DNA of 64,000 bases from Anthoceros angustus (taxonomy: Eukaryota > Plantae > Anthocerotophyta): positions 128,247 through 192,246 of the forward strand of contig MU008187.1 in the NCBI GenBank assembly GCA_010909165.1. The letters run 5' to 3'. Shown in pieces: positions 27,501 to 38,300 of the stretch; position 1 is the first letter of the stretch, and each line of letters starts with the position of its first letter. The translations under genes and the position numbers were made by a program. Under the pieces are notes generated by a model that had not been told where the DNA came from, did not search any database, and saw nothing but the letters and a program-made list of their open reading frames with translations.

Positions 27501-27711
27501 AGTCATCCACACCCGGCCCAGCAGCTGGCTCCGCTTTCTCAAGCACTCGGCACCTCACATCCGCTCTTGGCGCTTCCTGAAATCCGCAAACCGTTCTGAG
27601 AGGCGGACACCAGGACTGCCCGCTGAAGCTGGGCAGTCTGGAGTCAGTTGGAGAAGTTGGAAATGTCCCAGCCCCGGGAAGCATCCGTGCAATTTCTGGA
27701 GCCCAAGCCAT
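24527..27711 (-). CDS. Carotenoid cleavage dioxygenase, CCD-like/ZAS (CCD10)-type, copy B
   Basis: Paralog of copy A with the same exon series: 'GPNPQFGG..FEADGMLHATYF', 'LRFGKVNKATSNTHVFQH', 'PFTAHP', 'FCHE', 'SWHKVN', 'VPYGYHG'. ATG at 27711 (MAWAPEIARMLP). Confidence 0.93.
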
Positions 27712-29079
27712 GGCCGACTCCGCCTGAACTCTCCCTCTGCGGCACTCGCCAAAATGCTGCAAACCAGCACGACGCTCTCTGTGGCCATCGCATTTCTGCG
27801 CTGCCTTGCTGTTTTATTCTAGACGCAGCCAACCTCACCTCCCTGCACGACTCTGCGGTCGCCCGCTCACAAAAATCGGATCCGTTGGCGTCAACATCAG
27901 TTGTTAGGCTGTTCGTCCCATGCTACCATGTTCTCTCCTGCCTGCTCTCTCCTCTCTCTGTGCCTACAGGGGTATCGGGTGCATGATGCTCTCCGTTCCT
28001 GCCATATGAGATGCTCACAGACCCGACGTCCAGTTCTGTTTCGGGTTTCCAAAGCGGCGCCGGCAGCCGCTCATATCTTAGGTCTTACCTGTGTAACCAA
28101 TGTGTGAGTACATACATATTGCGGGAGAAGGAATATGGAACATGGCATGCCAGGCGGATACTTCCGCTCCGACCAAACACATTTGGCTCATATACAGCGA
28201 TCTATATGCCCAAGATAGGAGATGCTGGCTCAGCCCTTCACAATGAGACAGCGATTCTCGAGTCATGAACACTTAGGCCTACCCGACAAAGTGAAGACGC
28301 ACCAATGTCGAGAAAATGTACACACGACTCTCCATAACTTTCACCATTGATTATAATAATTCATAAAAATACATGGTTAATAAAGTAAGAATACATAATC
28401 AATATGACCACATATAATATAATATATTTTTAATATATTGAATAAAATATGTGATATTAATCTCATTAATATAAATGTAGATACCATTAACGAAAATATC
28501 ATTGAATAGGCTCCATCATGCATGGATGTGAGTGCCATGCCCATACCCTCACCCACTTCGACACATGAAGGTATCTGGTCATCCCCAATGTGCGATGAGA
28601 GAAAGGCGATGGCCCATTTCCCCGCCGGTAGTAGGTGGTCGGTAACGTACGACATGAGAAAGGAGATGGTCCTTACGCAGGCGCTATTAGTCACTAGAAA
28701 GTTAATGTGGACACGGAACCCGAAGCGCCAGCTCCACATGGCCACCATATCACATCCGCTACCTTCATGCCATTGGTTGCACCACTCACCTCTTTGCCTC
28801 ACTCACCTCTTCGCCTCAGCGACCATGCCACCATCCAATCCATACGGCCTTAAACACATCCATCAAGGCTCATCGCGCCCATCAAGGCTCCCTAGTTCAT
28901 AATGAGGCTTGATCTCCAAGTGGTGGTCGCTCAATTGGAAGAAGATGAACCTATACAACTAGGTTAAAAGTCACTGCGTTATTGTTCGTGATTGCGATGT
29001 GCTCACATGTTTATAGAGGTGTTCCTGTGATTATGATGCAAAACTTACATGTTTATAGAGGTTGTGTCACTTATTTCAC

Positions 29080-30260
29080 AGGTATCTCCCCAAGTGGATG
29101 GTGCAAAAAGTGTAAGGAAGTTGTAAGTGGACATCTACAATATTGTTTACGGCTATTGCTTGAAGATTCAAGTTCCAAGACATGGGCAACGGCCTTCACT
29201 GCCGGTAGGGATTTTATAAGGTTGACTCCTCCAGAGTTCAGCATGAAAGAACTAAGAGGGGAAGCCTTTGAGTCGCTAGATGTGTCAAGTGAGAGTTTAA
29301 TTCTTTTGCCTCTTCTCCATCAAGATGGAGAAAAGGCAAAAGATCCATCAAGATGTAAGTGTTATTATTTTACGAGCTGATGCAAGGTACATTCGGGACT
29401 TGTCTCGCTGCCATACGTGAGGCAAAGAGCACACAAGGTACATTCAAGACTTGTCTCTTGCCATACATGAGACAAAGAGCACACCGGTCGGACCACAGTT
29501 AGGAAGACCCTGTGTTAATAGCCCAAGGACACCGGGAAATCAAGGTATCTCCTCGTGAACTGGACATGGACATGACCAATATTTGTTATGAAATAGTGAA
29601 AAACTTGCAGCAATCCTTTGCCGTTGGCCGGTGCTCTTGTGATGTGCTCGTGCTTGTCTATAGTGGTAACCATAGTAATAGTCTTCCTCCCAACTAGCAC
29701 CCTTGCAGACTCATGATCTTTCAGGATCTGAAAGGTTGTTGTCTTACACAACAACTTCAACTTGTACTTCACCCATTCTTTCTTGGCAGTAGATAAGTAA
29801 GGAGCGAGGGTGCAGTTTGGACCTGAGTTGCTAGCAAGCAAACCATGACAATATCGCTTCGTGGTGCTTTCATGTATTCTTAGTTCAACCACATGAAGAA
29901 CATTTCAAGCTAGCTCACAAACACCGTAAATTGGCACCCATGCTTCTACTCTCCCACACACTACCTTAGAGCGCCCGCCGCCAACGCCTGCCTTGGCTCG
30001 TTAGTGAGATCAAGACAACTTCCGATTGAATAGAACTTTAGTTCCAAGACATGGGCAACGGCCTTCACTGCCGGTAGGGATTTTATAAGGTTGACTCCTC
30101 CAGAGTTCAGCATGAAAGAACTAAGAGGGGAAGCCTTTGAGCTGCTAGACAGGCTGCGAGGAAGGCAATTCTTTTGCCTCTTCTCCATCAAGATGGAGAA
30201 AAGGCAAAAGATCCATCAAGATGTAAGTGTTATTATTTTACGAGCTGATGCAGTGTACAT
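29080..30260 (+). pseudogene. RPA70 C-terminal OB-fold (Rep_fac-A_C)-like fragment, partly duplicated
   Basis: 'GWCKKCKEVVSGHLQYCLRLLLEDSSSKTWATAFTAGRDFIRLTPPEF...LLDRLRGRQFFCLFSIK' fits the C.KC...RY.L...D.T...W.T.F pattern of RPA1-C domains. Confidence 0.55.
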
Positions 30261-30921
30261 TCAGGACTTGTCTCTTGCCATACGTGAGGCAAAGAGCACA
30301 CAGTGTACATTCAAGACTTGTCTCTTGCCATACATGAGACAAAGAGCACACCGGTCGGACCACAGTTAGGAAGACCCTGTGTTAATAGCCCAAGGACACC
30401 GGGAAATCAAGGTATCTCCTCAGGTGAACTGGACATGGACATGACCACACCTTGTTATGAAATAGTGAAAAAACTTGCAGGCAATCCTTTGCCGTTGGCC
30501 GGTGCTCTTGTGATGTGCTCGTGCTTGTCTATAGTGGTAACCATAGTAATAGTCTTCCTCCCAACTAGCACCCTTGCAGACTCATGATCTTTCAGGATCT
30601 GAAAGGTTGTTGTCTTACACAACAACTTCAACTTGTACTTCACCCATTCTTTCTTGGCAGTAGATAAGTAAGGAGCGAGGGTGCAGTTTGGACCTGAGTT
30701 GCTAGCAAGCAAACCATGACAATACTGCCCTGTGGTGCCCTTCATGTATTCTTAGTTCAACCACATGAAGAACATTTCAAGCTAGCTCACAAACACCAGA
30801 AATTGGCACCCATGCTTCTTACTCTCCCCACACACTACCTTAGAGCGCCTGCTGCCAACGCCTGTCTTTGGCTCGTTAGTGAGATCAGCACAAACTTCCG
30901 ATTGAATAGAACTTTAGTTCC
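29171..30921. repeat. Tandem duplication of ~870 bp (29171-30039 / 30040-30921) with AGTTCC junction microhomology
   Basis: AGTTCCAAGACATGGGCAACGG occurs at 29171 and 30040. The ORFs 'YCHGLLASNSGPNCTLAPY' are duplicated. Confidence 0.93.
30455..30830 (-). pseudogene. Fragment of a MULE/SWIM transposase N-terminal region (duplicated at ~29515-29950)
   Basis: 'KKHGCQF..HVVELRIHEG..GQYCHG..APYLSTAKKEWVK' aligns with 'MKTGCMANF..EVAQILLHEG..GDICHG..APWISKEKKDWVK' of the transposase at 32 kb. Confidence 0.65.
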
Positions 30922-32149
30922 GGTAACCATCAGCACATCTGAACTTCATGTAATGGCAAGGGGTGGTAGGAGAGATTGCATTTTGCCTTATGCCTGACCT
31001 TGTCCAAACATTTACCCTTACCAACTTTGTTGAAAAGAATTTTTATGACTCCTCACCACCATGAAATCTTGATGTCTACACCAAGAATGTAACAAGTTTT
31101 GACAAGACTGACTTTCTTCCTAACTGTGTGCATAACATCTTACTATTCCATGGTTTTCTTTGAGAAGGGACCCGGGCAGGGAGTATGAACAATAAAAGGA
31201 CACAATTGGAGCCAAACGGATCAGGTGCAATTGTACTCTCGGCTCCCACCATGCTCCTGCAATCCACAATGAGGCCTTAGGCCGATCCGACTGCTAGAGT
31301 GCACGCAAATTAAAACACTCCATTGTGCACGTATGAGACGCATTTGGGAAAAGAGGCATGAGATTGTGTGGGACGCCTACGGTCATCGCTCAAATTTTTG
31401 AAGGAAGTTGTGGCATTTCCTCTTTCAAATTTTCTCGATTACGGTGAATACAGTGATACGGGACGGGATGGATTACGGTGGCGTGGGCAAAGCCTTGGCT
31501 TCCGTAATCGGAGCGTAATCGGAGAACTGACGGGCGACGGTAGACATGTCACGGTGAATGGAAAGGTCGTGTAGACGGTGGCATGGCTGCTGCGGCAAAG
31601 AGAAGTGTGGTGCGGCGGATGTGATGTGGTGGCCATGTGGAGTTGGCGCTTCGGGTTCCGTGTCCACATTAACTTTGTTGTGACTAATAGCGCCTGCATG
31701 GTCCATAGATATTTAAAAAGTTTTTCATCCAGCAGATGGGTCCGCCTGGTGGTACGATCAAGTCTTCCTGCACTGTGCTCAGCCTCAATCAAGCAATCAA
31801 TGCTTCGTAAGGCTGAAATCTGGCGTGGCTTGCCATGCCTCGCCCATCACGATTCTCTCTCATCATGGTATACTTTAAACGCAACACCATGTACAGTCCA
31901 TACAGGATGTCAACCGCCCTATTTTGCCCAAAGACGGCACAACCCTAAAGAGGCAGCCACCACAACAAGGTTGTGATGTAAACGAACCATGCTTGATTTT
32001 AGAACCGTGCGTGAGAGTATGAACTGAGCGCGGGGTGTCTCAAACAAACCATCCCTAAGACAACTTCCAAGTTCTCTACACTAACTTCCTTGACCACTTG
32101 GGTTTCCTGGCTTGGTGGCCTCTGTCCATGTGCTTTCTTTTCCTTAAGT

Positions 32150-34279
32150 TGAAGCCAAATCTTGGTATTTGCTGTCGTGTGTTTGTATGTAGGTATTGGT
32201 GTTCATATGGACCGGAGGATTTCCGAGCTGCTACCACACCCAAGAATGTGCGCATGAAGACCGGATGTATGGCCAATTTTGTTGTGAAGCAGTTGCGCTT
32301 ATTCCCTGAAGTTGCTCAAATCCTTCTTCATGAAGGAGCGCACGTAGATCGAGCAGGTGATATCTGTCATGGTCCGCAGTATGTGGGACACCCTAAATTG
32401 TCTAGAGCTCCTTGGATCTCGAAAGAGAAAAAGGATTGGGTTAAACATTGTCTTTATTGCAAGGTTTCTGTGTCGGAGATTATGCGTCGGCATGTTGCAG
32501 TTGTGTACGAGAAGATGAGTCACTACATAGGACATGAGCGTGGTGGTGACGTTCGAGATGACTACATGCAGCGCAAGGATGTGTTGAACATGAAACGACA
32601 AGTGGAAGCGGGTGAGTGGAAACTAGACCCTGATGATGTAAAGTCCACTGAGATGTGGCTCAAAGTGAATGCTGACCTTATCTTCCATAGATCGAACTCG
32701 TGAACCTTTTGTTTTAGGGTTGCAAACTCCTTTCATGCGATGTTCATCAAGCATGGTAACAATAGTGTTTTAGCCATGGACGCCACATTTGGTATGAACA
32801 AGTATAGGTACCACTTATTTACGGTGATGGTTTTGATCAACACCTTAATGGTATTCCGCTTGCTTGGGCACTAACACAGGAGGCTACTATACTTTCTTTG
32901 GTGTCATGGTTGACGCCACTCCGACATGTCGCTCTTACAACATGTGCAACATGGGTCCCTAGTTGCTTCCTAGTTGATGATTGTTTAGCAGAGATAGGTG
33001 CCTTTAAACAGGTATGGGGGGCCAACATACATGTTGTGTTGTGTCTATGGCATGTAAGGAAGGCATGGCAGCGAAACCTTTTAAAGAAGGTAAAGTGCAT
33101 TATTGCAAGGAAGAAGATTTGGGCAGCTCTTGCGGAGATCATGTATGTCAAGGCCATAATACGCAAGATGGTACTGTCGCATGGGGTAAGGTATTGTTAG
33201 AGTTCTTCTACAAGGAGTGGCATGGAAGTCAACCAGCCTTTGTTGAGTATTTCAAGAAGCAAGGGGTGACTCTATAGGTATTATTCTTTGCCCAAAGTGC
33301 ACTAGTTTCTTTGTGCGGTAAGGGTTGCTTGAATGGATGTTTACATGGTGTCGGTGTGTAATAATGTTTCGCATTTCTTATGCCGCATGTGGTTGAAGAA
33401 CCGCAGGATGTTTCCTTGGACAAGATACCACATCCCTCGGAGGCCTTTCATCGATTCTTGAAGGAAAGAGTATCTTTTACCAAGGCTGCGTTGCGGAAGG
33501 CGTATGGATTGGCTTCTTCATCAACTTGTGAACGAGGTAGCGACATCGGTACCTTGATTTCACCAAGACCGGGGTTATGTCAATTTAAAACTCGAGAAGG
33601 TATATGAGCATGTTTTGTCCATGAGCACCATCCTGACGAGCTGTCATATTCCGTAGTTGGGATGCTTGCATATTGCATGTCCTCGAGGATAGTGACAAGG
33701 TTTACGTCATTGAGGCTGCACATTCTCCATGGGCATTTTGTACTTGTGGGATGGGGCGTAAAGGATTCATTTGCAAACATGTTGTGAAGGTGCAATGTAT
33801 GTGGTATATTTGAACATACTTCCCAGCTTATTGCGCCTTGCTTGGTGTACCAATGGATCTTATGTTCGGGCACAAGAAGAAGGAAGAACACACGACCTAA
33901 ATCTTGTTCGAGAATGAGATATCACATGATAATCATGTTCGTGATACAACGGCAATACGGCAATGTCGTTGTCGCACATCTTCCCATCAACCTGTAGCTT
34001 GGAGGAGTTGAAGTCAAACGACGCCGAGACTTGGATGCAACTGCATGGGGTATTCCAAGCATTGTGGAAGCCAAGCTCGCTATTTTGTTTGAGGTCTGCG
34101 CAATAATGGAACAAGCACAACATCGTATTAGGGAAGTTGCAGCTCAGGTGGACGAGGCCTCAAGCAATAGACCGGTATCAGAGGAGTTTGTTCCGAATGA
34201 CGGGACCAACCGGTTAGTGCGTTTCAAGGGCATTGAAGAACGCTCAAGACCGAAAAAGAAAAAAGTGTTTACTTTGTGA
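32150..34279 (+). pseudogene. MULE (Mutator) transposase with SWIM zinc finger, frameshifted
   Basis: 'YWCSYGPED..KTGC..CHGP'. DDE core 'AMDATFGMNKYRYHLFTVMV..GIPLAW', 'FLVDD..AEI..LCLWHVRKAW'. SWIM 'CTCG....F.CKHVVK' at ~33738-33790. Confidence 0.88.
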
Positions 34280-35314
34280 TGCCTTTGTGATGCCTTTGTT
34301 TTAGTCTCTAAAGGCTTGTGTGTACGAGTGCGGCCTCTCACACATTTGCAATAGAGGGCTGAGAAATTTTGCAATCGAGGGCTGAGAAATTTGTTCAGAC
34401 TGTTTCTGGCCTTGTATAGCCTAGACTCCTTCACTAGCATGTTTCACAAATTAGCACAATACCCAATCCGAACTGCAAAACAAGCATACAGCATGCCAAC
34501 CTTTGTGCAGTGGCAAGGTTCAGTTAGTCCTATCGATTGGTGCAACATCCTATTCAGCATTGCTGCCCACATTGTGGGGAATGGGGCATGCTTCTCTTCT
34601 TCTGATCTCTACAGGATTTTGGCAATCTACGTTCCTCCAGCTTCCTTCACTAACCGCGACAAGCTGTGTGGACCACGAGCTCTCCCTTTGAGTAGGAAAT
34701 GAGTTAGGTTTTGTTTTTTTCGAAGGCGTAAAGTAGAAAATAAGGCGGAAAGGAAGAAATAAGTCCGAAGTGCTCCGGACTACACTCCGGAGTAGATGTA
34801 GTACTGGAGCACACCCGGGAGAATGGACCAAGACCCGAGTGCCCAAGGTAAGTCCGGGCTATACTCCGGAGTAGGACGGGATAAGTACGCCAAGTAAAGT
34901 AACTTAGGAGTCGGAGCGTGAGGGGCCACGACGGTCGAGAGGTGGACGGCATGCAGCCAGACCGTAGGGTTGCTGCGATAGCGTGTATTCACGCCCGGCA
35001 CAGCAGTAAGGCCAGAGTAAGCGGGAGCGTAAGGCGGGAGTAAGCCATGCAGGCCTCTCACAGTTATGGGCAACGAAGAGACACCCTCCCGTCCAGCGAC
35101 TACTCCCGACGTCACAGGCCGGAGGGAAGGCCATTCTTCCTTACGACCTCGCGGCACTTTTCACAGTCTCTCGCGCTCCGACACCCAGCTCTGTGGCGTT
35201 GTCTTTTCAAGCGCCAAGGCACGCTCATACGCGGCTCACCTTCGTGGTTGGAGCGGCCAACACAGCAACGGAAGAGCAGCGGTGTTTATTTTGCGAGGAG
35301 CAAAAAACAGACTT

Positions 35315-38300
35315 TGTAAAATGATAAAACAAAAAGTGTGTATCCAAAAAGTACATATGGCCTCACTATATATGTAACTCAAAAACGGTTCACATGACGA
35401 ACCCTAACTAGCCGCACCCTTTTATATTTAACACTCCCTCTAAAGGTAAGCTAGGTTAGGTTAAACGCGTTCACACCGCTCTGAAAACGTTACGCCCGAT
35501 TGCACGCTGCCAGTGTACCAGTACGCGCGAGCCTAGTGTAAACTCCCGCCACCATAAGAATCCTCCAGACCATCCTCTTTACCATTTCTGTACTCAGCTT
35601 CGTTTGCGTCTTTATCCTCGAGCACTACTCCACGCAGATAGCTGAAAGCATGAGAACTCGAAGGGGAACGAGCTACGAGTGCCCTGAAGTGTATCAGAGA
35701 AGGAAAAAAGGAAGGAGAATCCATGAGAAGGATTCGACTGTCGGCTCGCAATCACCACCAGGGACACCATGTCCCACACTGGAACAGCTGGTAGCCAGTG
35801 TCAACAGCTTCGCCACAGCTAAACATGGTCCTTTGCCGGGGGTCAGGAGGGCAGAAAGGACGGAGGAGCAAGAGCATCCAACGGGGATGCGCTACTCCAT
35901 ACATGCGGCCCCAATCTTGGCTGCCAAGCTAAAGATGGCCATGGAAAGAATAATGAGGAGCTTATGGGGCCGACAGGCACCACCGCCGGTGACAAAGAGC
36001 GGGATGTGAAGCTCGCTAGAGAGAAGTATCGCTGTGGAGATTAGGTCTTAAGGTAAGCTTCATCCTCCTGCAAGGCTATCCATCTCCCTCTTCGTTTCAC
36101 TAACGAAATGTGCGTGTCGCTCTGTGCCTCCAAGGAAGACCGAGGCACAACACACCCCAAGGGAACCTTCGGGTTCCCACCCCACCCCACCATGTATAAG
36201 TTATCCGAAATACTTGGTATAGTCGTCCAGCCTAGCCACAAAGATGTTGGTAGTGTTTATGCTTTGCCAATCCTTTAGTGCGCGTGACGTTAGAATCTGT
36301 GTGCACATAACCCACCTTCACGACTCCCTCCACACATCTCTAATGTAGTGATGTTGAATTTCTATATGCTTAGTGCGGGCGTGAAAACGTGGATTAGCGA
36401 CAAGGGCTAAGGCTGACATGTTATCACACATGATAGGGGTAGGTGTCTGCTGGGTCTGGTCGAGGTCATGAAGGAAGGTCCTTTCCCATTCAGCCTCCTT
36501 TGAAGCATCTGTCAATGATTTGTACTCTGCTTCTGTGGAAGACATGGCTATGGAAGATTGCTTTTTACACGACCAATTCACGGTGAGAAGATAGAGGCTA
36601 TGTGGAGAGACTTTTTCGAATCATCGGCCATCGGTGATGAACCCCTAAGGGTAAGTTTCGTCAGTCCTTCGATAGAAGAGTCCATAATTGTGGGTTCCTT
36701 TGAGATAGCGGAAAATCCGGCGTGACCCAATGTGTTCTTCCCGGATTCTCCAGAAATTGTGATCTTATGCTTACAGTCTTGGATATCGGCCTTGTCCGAT
36801 TCGCTAAGAAGATTAGGTTGCATGTATGCAGGGGACATCCTTCATGTCCTTAATTTCTTCACAGGATTGTGGGCCTTTGGAGGTGGTAAGTTTCACGCCC
36901 ATAGCGAAAGGAGTAGTCGAGGGTCTAGCTTCGTCAAGTTTGAACTTGCAAAAATGTCATTGATATATTTATGCTGGTGAACTATCAGTAGCCCTTCCTC
37001 TCGTACCCTTAAGATTTGAACTCCCAAACAGTATTTAAGTTCTCCGATGTCTTTCATCTCGAACTTGGTACTTAGCTTTTGCTTAACATCAGCTAACAGA
37101 GTGTTATTGTTTGTGGCAAGAATGACATCGTCAACATATAGGGCTAATATGACGAAGCCGCTTCCTTGACTGAGTCGGTAAACATTAGAGTCTGCTGTGC
37201 TTTGGACAAAGGATATACTGAGCAGGTAAATATGCATAGTGATATACCATATTCGGCCACTTTGTTTTAGTCCATATATACACTTGAGCAGTTTAAGCAC
37301 TTTGGTGGGATGTTCGGGATCTTCATATCCTTGTATGTCTGAGTCTTCATCCAGGTCTCCATAGAGGAAGGCCGTGCACACATCCATTTGCTGTAAGTCA
37401 AGGTTCAACTCTGCTGCCAGAGCCAGCAGTATGCGAATGGATTGTGCTCGAACAACTGGTGAGAATGTTTCCTGGTAATCTAGGCCCTCAACCTAGGTAA
37501 ATCCTCTTGCCACCAGTCTGGCTTTGTATCTCGCAATCTCCCCTTTGGCGTTGAGTTTAAGTTTAAAACCCACTTACAAGAGATGGCTTTGCCTGTGTGG
37601 AGGTCCGATTTGCCGTCTTGTTCTTGAGCAAAGATTGGTATTCATCCTCCACCGCCCGCCACTTGGAGCAACTGGGCCATGGAGGGCTTCCTTGTATGAT
37701 AGGGGTTCCTCAGGAGGATATTTTGTATAGCACCAAAACAAGACGCTTCGAAAATCGATGGATTGATAATAGGGGTTCTAACCACCGGTCCGGAGGTGGC
37801 CTATGGCGGTGGAACGTCAGAGGGTTGGTTCGGATCGAGTCGTTCTGGCCGAAGGTCCGGTGACATCCTCCTCATCACCGAATTTGAACTATCATTTCAG
37901 GTGAGATCATCTGGTTCACCCGGCTCACTGAGGGTGAGGGTCAACAATGGGAGCCTCAAGAGTCATCTACTTCGATGGAAGGTTGGAGGGTTCTTCTCCA
38001 TCTGTAGGGAAGGTGATGATCAAAGCTTTCATTTGTATCTCCCTAAGGGTTAGAGGGTGTGGGGTTGGTAGTCGGTGTGCAAAGGTTCTACAAGGTGACA
38101 CTGGCAAGGACTAATGATTGAGTGTCAAGGTCATAGAGTTTGTACGCTTTCACATGTTCACTGCACTACAAAAAGGAGACGTTGAGCTCGGTCCTCTAAC
38201 TTCTTTTTCACAGGAATATAGGCGAAGGCCTTGGATCCAAATACTGGAGGTGGAGCAAACTAGGCTTTTCGATGCGAAAACCTCATAAGGAGTGTCCGGT

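Larger units (their letters stand above)
28677..31697. mobile_element. MULE-type TIR element (Pack-MULE-like) with ~90-bp TIRs
   Basis: GCAGGCGCTATTAGTCAC...GTGGACACGGAACCCGAAGCGCC...CACATCCGC (from 28677) is inverted at ~31612-31697. Flanks ATGGTCCTTAC / ATGGTCCATAG form an 11-bp TSD-like repeat (9/11 match). Confidence 0.8.

Noticed and set aside
18517-27822. Plus-strand ORFs overlapping the CCD genes
   Set aside because: Antisense shadows of GC-balanced CCD exons.
29385-29485. ~50-bp direct repeats as a CRISPR array
   Set aside because: Only two adjacent units with no unique spacers; this is a simple local duplication, and there are no cas genes.
28982-30369. Helitron call based on the RPA-like fragment
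   Set aside because: No Rep/helicase motifs or TC...CTRR ends were seen; the fragment is enclosed by MULE-like TIRs.
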